Shown here one piece after another: positions 48,801 through 60,000 of a stretch of DNA of 64,000 bases. Location of the stretch: contig NIVC01001051.1 of the NCBI GenBank assembly GCA_002269645.1, forward strand, positions 309,132-373,131, in the 5' to 3' direction. Source of the DNA: Macrostomum lignano. Its lineage: Eukaryota. Position numbers and translations under genes: made by a program. Every line of letters starts with the position of its first letter. Position 1 is the stretch's first letter. The notes beneath the pieces are model-generated. The model made no database searches and was not told the DNA's origin. It saw only the letters and a program-made list of their open reading frames with translations.

Positions 48801-50480
48801 CGCCCGAATCGCGCATTGAGACGCACGAATTTATGCAGGAGAAGCGGCGGCGCGAGAATCCCGAGCCGTGAGTTGAGCTGGCATGAACTGCTCTGCCTGC
48901 CTGCCTGCTTATCTGTCTGTCTGCCTGTCAGGATAAATTTAACCAGCCTCCCCCATCGATGCCCCCGCAGCGAAAAACCGGCCCCGAAGCAGCACCCGCT
49001 GTTTTTCCCGGACGGCCGACCCTACAATATAAACGAGGCAAAGTGAGTCGTGCCAAAAATTGATTGCTCGGCTTATTTTAAAATCATTGTCACAAGCCAA
49101 CCAGCTCCTACTGGACTGCAGACTCGACTTCACACTCACTGACGATGAAGAGAACAATGCCTATATTCTGGACGTCGCGGTGTTCAAGTGAGTGAGGATG
49201 AGAGGCTGGTGTTTTAGGGTGGAGTGAGTTGCGGACTGCTGGGGAACTACCGGAGATCCGGAAAGTACATGCAAGGGAATTTATTGTGAAATTAGAACTT
49301 TTTGAAATTAATAGATTCGGACAGTCGGGGAATTACTAGATTCGGACAGTCGGGGAATTACTCGATTCGGACAGTCGGGGAATTACTCGATTCGGACAGT
49401 CGGGGAATTACTCGATTCGGACAGTCGGGGAATTACTAGATTCGGACAGTCAGGGAATTACTCGATTCGGACAGTCAGGAAATTACTAGATTCGGGCAGT
49501 CGGTGAATTACTCGATTCGGACAGTCGGGGAATTACTCGATTCGGACAGTCGGGGAATTACTCGATTCGGACAGTCAGGGAATTACTCGATTCGGACAGT
49601 CAGGGAATTACTCGATTCGGACAGTCGGGGAATTACTCGATTCGGACAGTCGGGGAATTGCTAGATTCGGACAGTCGGGGAATTGCTAGATTCGGACAGT
49701 CGGGGGAATTACTCGATTCGGACAGTCGGGGAATACTAGATTCGGACAGTCGGGGAATTGCTAGATTCGGACAGTCGGGGGAATTACTCGATTCGGACAG
49801 TCGGGGAATTACTCGATTCGAACAGTCGGGGAATACTAGATCCGGACATTCGGGGAATTACTCGATTCGGACAGTCGGGGAATACTAGATTCGGACAGTC
49901 GGGGAATTACTAGATTCGGACAGTCGGGGAATTACTAGATTCGGACAGTCGGGGAATTACTAGATTCGGACAGTCGGGGAATTACTAGAATGTTCAGAGA
50001 ATTCCCCCTGCCCGCCGCAGGCACATGGACACCAGCCTGATCGACTGCGATGTGCAGCCCCAGTACATCCGCGTCACCGTCAAAGGCCGCCTGCTTCAAC
50101 TGGCCTTGCCTGGCGAGGTCCGCACCGACGAATCCTCGGCCGTACGCTCAGCCACCACCGGCCACCTGCTGGTCACCATGCCGAAGGCGCATGGAGAGCC
50201 GCTGCGAAAATCGGCGGCATCGGCAGCTGTAGCCAAACCGGCAGCCGCCGTTCCGCCGACAACGAAAACGGAGTCGCAGCCGCGCCACGCCTACTTGGAA
50301 GTCGACGAATCCAGCAGGCGAGGCGTCGTCGACCTCCGTGTGGTGCCGCCAGAAGCCGACAAGGTCAGCGGCGGCAAAAACGGCGGCGGCTTTGCTGGCC
50401 GGTCAACAACGAAGGCCGCCGTTGAGCGGCCGAATTCGCCGGGTTTTGTCGACGATCCCGACGTGCCGCCGCTGATCTGA
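45861..50480 (+). CDS. DNAAF11: Dynein axonemal assembly factor 11 / LRRC6 (LRR + CS domain), 10 exons, 436 aa
   Basis: Exons 45861-45870, 45966-46059, 46137-46210, 46632-46882, 46957-47007, 48008-48147, 48775-48867, 48971-49042, 49122-49187 and 50021-50480 (total 1311 nt). Reads [15 protein letters not shown]...LEELSLHQQ...[15 protein letters not shown]...LALNNI...LDLTVNFI...PESRIE...[12 protein letters not shown]...TTGHL and ends DVPPLI. Confidence 0.96.
46300..46572. repeat. 26-bp minisatellite in LRRC6 intron 3
   Basis: About 10 copies of TTCTGGCGCCACCTCCCTCAAACCAG. Confidence 0.95.
47225..47900. repeat. ~24-bp minisatellite with two interspersed variants, LRRC6 intron 5
   Basis: AAGTACAAGTCAAGGCAGACACTA alternating with GAGTAAAATCAAGGCAGATACTA. 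Confidence 0.93.
48148..48750. repeat. 31-bp minisatellite starting exactly at the LRRC6 intron 6 donor
   Basis: GTGAGGCACTGGCAGATTGGGGATGATGGCA; GTGAGG recurs from 48148 to 48737 = 20 copies. Confidence 0.96.
49315..49990. repeat. ~25-bp minisatellite in LRRC6 intron 9
   Basis: GATTCGGACAGTCGGGGAATTACTC, about 27 copies. Confidence 0.95.
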
Positions 50481-50589
50481 CCTACTCGTTATACATGCAT
50501 ACCTGTAGCTAACACATTTTGCCGATATGATCGAAAGTTTTGCTTGTTAAAGCAAAACTTTACTTTAACATTCTGAGTGTTTTATTAAT

Positions 50590-50595
50590 AATAAA
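50590..50595 (+). terminator. Probable LRRC6 polyadenylation signal AATAAA
   Basis: 110 nt after the stop codon, followed by T/GT-rich sequence. Confidence 0.6.
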
Positions 50596-50929
50596 CTTGT
50601 ATTTTACCGCATTATTTGGCGCATTTTGTCACTGTGCTTAACTTTATTTCATACCAATTGCATGTACGAGCGTATATACATGTACTTACTTGATAATACA
50701 CACCTAGCCGTAATTTAGTTGATTTGTTGCTCACAAAATACAGAAACAATAATTCCTTTCGGCGTCAATTGCTTTTAAAATAATTTAACTGCCTGCTTTT
50801 GGCTCTTCCACAATGTTTCCTATGAACTAATTGACCACTTTTTGGATAATTTATCCACAGATTAGGTTGACACTTTTAGTAGATAGGATACATCATATAC
50901 ATTCAGCAACATTCTGGTCTGGTCTGGTC

Positions 50930-51490
50930 TGGTCTGGCTGCAGGGGCGCAGAGTGAAGGGGGCTGGAAGGCGTAGGGATGAGAGATAAGGCTGCCAATTA
51001 TATGGGGTGTGAATACGGCCAGTCTGTCTGCAGGGGCAGAGAGTGAGGTGGGGCCTCGAAGGGGTAGAGTGGAGAGATAAGGCTGCCAATTATATGGGGT
51101 GTGAATACGGCCAGTCTGTCTGCAGGGGCAGAGAGTGAGGTGGGGCCTCGAAGGGGTAGAGTGGAGAGATAAGGCTGCCAATTATATGGGGTGTGAATAC
51201 GGCCAGTCTGTCTGCAGGGGCAGAGAGTGAGGTGGGGCCTCGAAGGGGTAGAGTGGAGAGATAAGGCTGCCAATTATATGGGGTGTGAATACGGCCAGTC
51301 TGTCTGCAGGGGCAGAGAGTGAGGTGGGGCCTCGAAGGGGTAGGGAGGAGAGATAAGGCTGCCAAATTATATGAGTGTAAATAGGGTCATTCTGGCTGAA
51401 GGGGCAGAGAGTGAGGTGGGGGCCTAGAAGGCGTAGAGTGGAGAGATAAGGCTGATATAGTGTGAAAACGGCCAGTCTGGCTGCAGGGGC
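50930..51490. repeat. 92-bp tandem repeat between converging gene ends
   Basis: TATGGGGTGTGAATACGGCC recurs at 92-bp spacing (51001, 51093, ...); about 5 copies. Confidence 0.92.
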
Positions 51491-52233
51491 ACCGAGTGAG
51501 GTGGGGCCCGGGGAATTAAGGGGTAAAGAAATTGAAATTGAATTAATAAGGCTGATAGCTATATGGGGCCTGGGATATGTACACGGTCAGTTAGGCGGGA
51601 ACTTAGGATTAGGAAGGATAAATAAAGCTTTGTAAGAGTTCAGACATGAAAGTATTTACCACCTGAAAAAACGCGAAATAAATAAAATTAAACAAAAGCA
51701 CCCGGCATCCATGCACTACCGATTTGCAGTACATTTTTTACATGAATACAATTACATCTTAAAATCAAGTGGCAGCAGAAATGCGTTCAGAAAGAGGCTT
51801 TATTCTCGGCATACGTTGAGCAATATGAGAATAACAAACTTCAACTAACAAATAAGAGATAGTACTAAAAGTTCAGAAAACATGAAAATCACTAACTAAA
51901 CCAATTCACTAGCATTCAAAGGTTAAAATGTTACGCCTATGGTAGGGAACTTGTAGTAGAAGTTTAGGCCCATAACAGGGGATTGTTGATCAAGACTGAG
52001 GACCATGAAAGGGGACTATTGGTCTAGCCTGAGGACTATAAAGTGGACTCAAGGACTACTCAAGTAGGGCGGGAAACTTCGTTTCTTAGAAAATTTTAGG
52101 AAGCAGGTTTTACCGATAAAAACCACAACGGAGATAGGGAGTTTTAATTTTTTTCAGCATAAAAATTGTTATTGCTTTCGATATGAGGCAGACCCAATGT
52201 TTATCTTTTGATCTGTTGTGCTTTTCTTATAGC

Positions 52234-52239
52234 TTTATT
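52234..52239 (-). terminator. Probable polyadenylation signal of the hydrolase-like gene
   Basis: AATAAA on the minus strand about 75 nt after the stop. Confidence 0.5.
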
Positions 52240-52312
52240 GATATTCAACTGTGGACCCAGCAGGTACATTTTCACACGCCAGTATCAGACAAAGAGTTAA
52301 CAAAATCGCAAA

Positions 52313-54167
52313 CTAAACAGCGGCAGTCCGTCGCCTGGCAGCCGACTCGGAGGCGAGGCTGCCGGCCCTGTCCAGCAGGTTGCCCGTGTTGGCGGCCGAA
52401 GTTACCGCCGCAGATCTGGCGCAATAGCCGGCCATCCTGACCAGATAGTCGGCAAACAGCCTATAATCGGCATTATCGTTGCCATAGCAACCGGCCGGAT
52501 AAGGCCAGCCGGACACGGAGAGCCGCTTAGCCGGCAGCAGTTGACGAGCCGAGCCGCTCCATTCGATTGGCTCCTCGGACAGCAGGAGCTGCAGCCGTCG
52601 ACTGTCCTTGGCCAAGGCGGTCAGGTGCATCGGCGAGCAGCGCATCGCCACGGCCAGCGAGCGGCCGTTGTCGGAGTCGCGGTGGCGCAGGCCCAGCAGG
52701 TGGTAGGCTCGGAGCCGCAGCCACTGCCGGCCAATCAGTGGCGGCCAGTTGACGAGCGGGCTGCAGGCGGCGATGGCGGCGGCCGGCAGGACGCGCAGCA
52801 CAGAGTGAGACCACAGGCCGGCGGTTAAGTCGGCCAGTAGCCGCAGCGCCGACCATTTCTGCAGCGGGTCCGGGTCGCTGGGAGCCGTCAGCACCGCGCC
52901 AGATAGCAGCTCCGGTGCCAGGGTTGCCATAGCAACGGCTGGCCAGCAGGCCTGACCGGAGGCCACAACTAGCACGGGCCGGTTGGGCATGGATCTGAGA
53001 GCGCGGTTTCTGAGCAGCCGGCACAGCAGGATGGAGTTCTCAGCTGCCGAGTAGGAGAATACCTGCGAGGATTAGTGAGGTGCTCAGTTGATGCTCGATT
53101 CATACTACTGACTGTTTCATTTCCTCGATTTTTATACTACTGACTACTCATTCGATCCATACTACTGACTATTCCCTCGATTTTTATACTACTGACTACT
53201 TATTCGATCCATACTACTGACTATTCCTTCAATTTTAATACTACTGACTACTCATTCGATCCATACTACTGACTATTCCCTCGATTTTTATACTACTGAC
53301 TACTCATTCTATCCATACTACTGACTATTCCCTCGATTTTTATACTACTGACTACTCATTCGATCCATACTACTGACTATTCCCTCGATTTTTATACTAC
53401 TGACTACTCATTCGATCCATACTACTGACTATTCCCTCGATTTTTATACTACTGACTACTTATTCGATCCATACTACTGACTATTCCCTCGATTTTTATA
53501 CTACTGACTACTCATTCGATCCATACTACTGACTATTCCCTCGATTTTTATACTACTGACTACTTATTTGATCCATACTACTGACTATTCCCTCGATTTT
53601 TATACTACTGACTACTCATTCGATTCATACTACTGACTATTATCTCGATTTATACTGACTGGCTACTGAATAGACTCAGTACTGAATATTATACTTAACC
53701 GATTGACAATGACTACTTAATTGACTCATACTACTAATCACCAGCAGACTCACCCGCTCATCCTTAGCCGAGTGACCGGGCGAGCCCAGACCCGGCCAGA
53801 GCGGCAGCAGCACCCGTTGGCCGGCCTCCTCCAGATAGCGGCCGAGAGTCTCAACCTCCGAGTAGCCGCGCCCAAACGGCGCCAACAGGAGGAACAGCGC
53901 GTGCTGAGACTGGTGCTTCTTAGCCGGCACCGGGCTGAGATAGTAGCGCAATTTGAACTGCACCCCGGTGTAAATAGCCCTGTGCAGCCAAGCGTCCGAG
54001 GTTACCAGGGTCTCGCTCAGCGGGCCCAGGTGCTGCAGGTATTCGCTGGCAGTTTTCACTGTTGCAGGGCCGCCAGTTCCATTGGAATTGTTGGTCTCGG
54101 GTCCGGCAGTGCTGGCGAGCTGACGGCGCCAGCAACAGCGGCGCCACGAGAGGAGCCGACGCGGTAA
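52313..54167 (-). CDS. Alpha/beta-hydrolase-fold-like protein, probably catalytically inactive; genomic CDS lacks an ATG
   Basis: Exons 54167-53754 and 53062-52313 (phase 0). The pattern ALFLLLAPFG...LGRYLEEAGQRVLLPLWPGLGSPG...PVLVVASGQACWPAVAMATLAPELLSGAVLTAP parallels ABH strands beta3-beta6. The fold assignment is by eye. Confidence 0.7.
52478..52491. promoter_or_regulatory. Exonic RFX X-box GTTGCCATAGCAAC (copy 1)
   Basis: Exact match to the X-box consensus; lies in codons CYGN. Confidence 0.4.
52923..52936. promoter_or_regulatory. Exonic RFX X-box GTTGCCATAGCAAC (copy 2)
   Basis: Identical 14-mer; lies in codons VAMAT (a different frame). Confidence 0.4.
53100..53660. repeat. 52-bp dimeric (25+27) minisatellite in the hydrolase-like gene intron
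   Basis: Alternating TACTACTGACTACTCATTCGATCCA and TACTACTGACTATTCCCTCGATTTTTA. Confidence 0.93.
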
Positions 54168-54299
54168 CTGAATGATTGGGTTTTTCAGCGATTGGAGTAC
54201 GTAATATGAACACTTATAGCAGGTATTCTTTAGTTATAGCATAACAGGTAATACATGGACCTAAAAATACTCATGGAACTAAGGACGCATATTGCCTAA

Positions 54300-55340
54300 C
54301 GACAGCCTGATGGACCTAAAAACGGGCTGATGGACCTAACAACGGGCTGATGGACCTAACAACAGGCTGATGGACCTAACAACGGGCTGATGGACCTAAC
54401 TACAGGCTGATGGACCTAACAACGGGCTGATGGACCAAACGACAGGCTGATGGACCTAACAACGGGCTGATGGACCTAACAACGGGCTGATGGACCTAAC
54501 AACGGGCTGATGGACCTAAAAACGGGCTGATGGACCTAACAACGGGCTGATGGACCTAACAACGGGCTGATGGACCTAAAAACGGGCTGATGGACCTAAC
54601 AATGGGCTGATGGACCTAACGACAGGCTGATGGACCAAGCGACAGGCTGATGGACCAAGCGACAGGCTGATGGACCAAGCGACAGGCTGATGGACCAAGC
54701 GACAGGCTGATGGACCAAGCGACAGGCTGATGGACCAAGCGACAGGCTGATGGACCAAGCGACAGGCTGATGGACCAAGCGACAGGCTGATGGACCTAAC
54801 GACAGGCTGATGGACCCAACGACAGGCTGATGGACCTAACGACAGGCTGATGGACCCAACGACAGGCTGATGGACCTAACGACAGGCTGATGGACCAAAC
54901 GACAGGCTGATGGACCAAGCGACAGGCTGATGGACCAAGCGACAGGCTGATGGACCAAACGACAGGCTGATGGACCTAACGACAGGCTGATGGACCTAAC
55001 TACAGGCTGATGGACCCAACGACAGGCTGATGGACCAAGCGACAGGCTGATGGACCAAGCGACAGGCTGATGGACCAAGCGACAGGCTGATGGACCAAGC
55101 GACAGGCTGATGGACCTAACGACAGGCTGATGGACCCAACGACAGGCTGATGGACCTAACGACAGGCTGATGGACCAAACGACAGGCTGATGGACCAAGC
55201 GACAGGCTGATGGACCTAACTACAGGCTGATGGACCAAACGACAGGCTGATGGACCTAACGACAGGCTGATGGACCTAACGACAGGCTGATGGACCCAAC
55301 GACAGGCTGATGGACCCAACGACAGGCTGATGGAACTAAA
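54300..55340. repeat. 20-bp minisatellite (GACAGGCTGATGGACCTAAC), ~52 copies
   Basis: Variants occur in blocks along the array; it lies upstream of the ATG-less acceptor. Confidence 0.96.
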
Positions 55341-55905
55341 GAGGAGGCGATGGAAATTATGAAGGGCCGATGGACCTAAACACTAACTTGCTGAAATACC
55401 TTTAAAACTAAGCTAAATAAAAAGGAATAAAAACACGAATATTCCCTTGTCAATGGCGGTGTGTATTTTACAATCATTATGCTATCTTTACCAGCCACAA
55501 CACATCCAAACACACGATTTTATAGTTGAGGTACACAAACAGAAAAAAATATTACAGAATAAATGAACAAAATAATTAGAACAATCTACAGTTTCTCTTC
55601 ACATTGTTTCAGAAGCTTACTACGAGTAAAATCGGGGAAAATCCAGGCGATTATCTGGTTATAAAACTGACTGAGCCGATGCTGAATAACTGAACTTTAC
55701 AGAGCGCGCATGTAGAAACGCACTCCAAGAAATCAGCGGTGAATCTGCTTGTTCGATTGATGCATTATTGATTAAAATAGAAGCGCTCGAGCCGGTTAAT
55801 ACTTTTTAGTATTAATAAAGTTATAAAGTATTAATATGTTTGTACTGGAGTTCGACTGCCGGCTACGGGCCACGGCAGCTTGTGGGGATGGACTAAACTG
55901 AAATT

Positions 55906-56060
<155 letters not shown>

Positions 56061-56680
56061 TGGCACGCCGAGCAAGCCGGATGCCAAAACAAAGTCTCCA
56101 ATTAACAAAACCGGTAAAAATGAAGGCAATAAAAAGCAGATACACAGGCAAAACAGCATATTTGGCCGAACTAAACCACAAAGCGTGGTACAGACTCAGG
56201 CAAAGTGATTTGATGCACAGAAAAAAAAAACAAATTAAGTTTGGCAAGGGCCTGTATGAAAGAGACTGAAGAAATTAAAGCTACATACATACATATTCGT
56301 AAGCCTCACTGTACACGTCTGGGAGTGAACGAACAAGATTAACATCAAAGTATGGGCTGCTGAACTTTAGTTTAATTAATAACAGCCTAGTCATAATTAG
56401 TTACCATAATAATAGAACTGAAGCCTGTACAGTACATGCATTATGACAGTTGAAATTGTTTGATTAATAGGCAGTATGACTCTGGTGAGATCGGGGTTCC
56501 CTTGTTGACCCAGAGAGTAGGCCATGTCAATGAAATAGGTATGGCTCATACGGTTCTCTGAATCTCGTACTAAGTCGAGTCACACAGATAATAAAGACCG
56601 CCAAAGGACAATAGCAGAGCTACCGCGAAGGTCAAGGCAGGTCACGTCAGGAATCGTCCAACACAGACTACTCTGGGGGG

Positions 56681-57052
56681 GGTCACGCCAGGTCAGGGCA
56701 GCACAGGCTTTACTCTCGGGGTCACGCCAGGTCAGGGCAGCACAGGCTCTACTCTCGGGGTCACGCCAGGTCAGGGCAGCACAGGCTCTACTCTCGGGGT
56801 CACGCCAGGTCAGGGCAGCACAGGCTCTACTCTGGGGGTCACGCCAGGTCAGGGCAGCACAGGCTCTACTCTGGGGGTCACGCCAGGTCAGGGCAGCACA
56901 GGCTCTACTCTCGGGGTCACGCCAGGTCAGGGCAGCACAGGCTCTACTCTCGGGGTTACGCCAGGTCAGGGCAGCACAGACTCTACTCTCGGGGTCACGC
57001 CAGGTCAGGGCAGCACAGGCTCTACTCTCGGGGTCACGCCAGGTCAGGGCAG
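56681..57052. repeat. 39-bp minisatellite, 10 copies, whose first unit contains the PLEKHM2 stop codon
   Basis: GGTCACGCCAGGTCAGGGC recurs from 56681 to 57032 at 39-bp spacing. Confidence 0.95.
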
Positions 57053-60000
57053 AGTCTGTTCGCACAGCAGCGTCAGCGCCCTGGCTGAGGCGCGAAGTCC
57101 GCCGGCCCGACCTGGCGGCAGGCGGCGCAGCGGCAGCCGGGGCAGCAGGTGGCGCAGCAGGCGGCCCAGCCGGTTCCGCTCCTCGGCGGAGCCCAGGCAG
57201 ATCAGCCAGGTGGTGGGAGGGCGCAGCCGCAGGGTCAGATAAGTGGGGTAGTGCGGATCGTAGCCAATACTGCGGATCTCGTCTAAAGTGACTAGATCGA
57301 CCGTTTCTACCTGGAAGTTTAGAATGAGAAACAGCTCAACTACAGCTATAGAATGCTCAGATTGCAGCTCAACTGCAGCTATAGAATGCTCAGATTGCAG
57401 CCCAACTACAGCTATAGAATGCTCAGATTGCAGCTCAACTACTACAGCTATAGAATGCTCAGATTGCAGCTCAACTACAGCTATAGAATGCTCAGATTGC
57501 AGCTCAACTACTACAGCTATAGAATGCTCAGATTGCAGCTCAACTACAGCTATAGAATCCTCAGATTGCAGCTCAACTACTACAGCTATAGAATGCTCAG
57601 ATTGCAGCTCAACTACAGCTATAGAATGCTCAGATTGCAGCTCAACTACAGCTATAGAATGCTCAGATTGCAGCTCAACTACAGCTATAGAAAGCCACTA
57701 TAATACGTACAGCTCAAATGCTACTTCACAGGAGCCCCAGATCCCGCCCAAGAGCTGCACTCACCGTCCAGACCCCGGGCAGCTCGGCGCCCAGAGCGAG
57801 GCCATGCTCAGTAACCAACAGCGTCAGAATCTTTGAAGTGGCGCCGCTGCCGCTGCCGCCAGCGCCGCCGCGCACCAGAGCGGTGCAAATTGCCTGTTTC
57901 CAAGTGACAGAGCTCTGGCCGCCGATCATGACGGTGTCACCGCCGGCCAGCGTCACCTCCACTACGGTGCCATTGTCGGCGTCCTGAACCAGGCAGCATC
58001 CCCGACAGCCGGCCAGCGACCACTGCGGCCCGCCGTCGCCCGGAGCGGCCAGCAGCCAGCCGCCGGAGAGTAGCAGTCGTCGGCGACTCCAATCGCCGCG
58101 CGGCGGCCGCACAGGCAGCCGGGCGTCGAGCAGCACCTCGTGCGTAGTTAGCGCGTAGTGCATCGGCGCGCCAGACAAATTGGACGCCTCGGCGCGCAGC
58201 CATTTGCCCAGGCCGACGTCTTGGCAGGGCGAGCCGCGGAACAGCGGCACAGTTGGCAGGCAGCGGCGCAAGTCGCGGGTCGCCGATTCGCCGATCGACT
58301 GGTCGACGCAGGCGACAAAATGGCGGGCGGAGCGGACCACGCCGACCAGGTGAAGCAGGTGGCCCTGGCCGCTCTGGCACACGTGATCGAGCGAATCCGG
58401 CCGCCATTCGCACAGCCTGCGTTAATGCGGATGGAATTCTACTACTTTTAGTAGAGTATGCGAGTTATCCGTGATCTACTGCTGTAATATTTAGAGTAAT
58501 ACTGACACGCCAACCCTCCGGAATCCTCCGCTGCCAGGCCCTCAACCCTCCGGAATCCCCCGCTGCCAGACCCTCAACCCTCCGGAATCCCCGCTGCCAG
58601 GCCCTCAACCCTCCGGAATCCCCCGCTGCCAGGCCCTCAACCCTCCGGATTCCTCCGCTGCCAGGTCCTCAACCCTCCGGAATCCCCCGCTGCCACCACC
58701 TCCTTGAAATCCTACAGTCCCAAATGTACTACAAGTTGATTACACGGTAAAAACTGTTAACAATCAACAATGAAAACAAAGGTGACAGAAGCAGACTCCG
58801 CACCTGGACAGAGAACCGGAAGACACCAGTCTAACCCGGCCAGGCGACAGGCACAGCAGGCAGGCCGCCCAGGCGTCGCCTCGCCACCACAGAGCTCTAT
58901 AAGCTGCGCTGAGTGTCGCATCGCCCAACGTGTCCTGAACCTGACGCAACGGCAACGCGTAGTCGCTAGAGAGAGCCGCCGGTTCAAAAGGATTTGGCGC
59001 ATCTGATGTCACTGAATCGTCCGACAAAGATTCATCAGCGTCAGTGTCAGCATCCGTTTTAGCTTTGGCACTGGCTGCATCCGCATCCGCATCCGCATCC
59101 GCATCCGCATCCGCATCTGCATCCGTATAGGCATTCGCTTCATCTGAATATGTGTACACATCAGCATCCGCATCTGCATCCGCATCAGCATCCGCATCCG
59201 CATCAGCATCCTCATCCTCATCAGCTCGCAAAGCCGCTTCGGCCTCTTGTAGTTCGTCGGCCAGCGACCTGGCCAAACTGGCGGGCTGCTGCTGGCCGGA
59301 CCGCGAGAGTTGGTTGCCCGACGCCGCCGCCGCCGACATGGACAACGGCATCGACATTGGCAGCGGAAGAGACGGTCGAGGATGTCGCTGCTGTTGTTGC
59401 CGATTTCTGGACGATCGAACATCGCCATTCAGTTTGACAGGCTCAGCAGCAGCAGGGGGCGCAGGTTGGCTGTCAGGTTGGCTGTCAGGTAAGCTGTCAG
59501 GTTCATCGCTATCGAGCCGCTGCAGCTGGTTGTGATTGTCGGCTAGCAGGCCAGCGGCAACGGGAAAACAGTCGGCATCGTCGTCGGAGTCCGCCAGCGC
59601 CAGCCGATAATAGTTGGATGACGAGCCACCGTTGGCTGCCTGCTGCTGTTTCTGGCGATGCGTCAGCTTGCGCTCAACAACCAGACTGTCTTCCTGCGAC
59701 ATCGCGATGCTGTTGAAATCGGACGACAGGTCCTGCTGCTGCGGCGGCTCGTCCGGCTGCTCGTCAGTCGGAGGCATTGTTGACGAAGATCGAGACGATG
59801 ACGGCGGCTGTTGATCCTGAGAGGAGCCAGTTGACGACGCCTGCGGATGGCTGTTGGCCTCGGCTGGGTCAGGCAGAGCGGAGAGTGAGCCAGACGAGCC
59901 GGACTCGGTGTCGCCGCGGTGCCGATCGCGCCGGGCCGGGTCCTGACAGCCGACGTCCAAGAAGGTGACGGTGGCCCAGGACACGCAGGACAGGTCGCAG

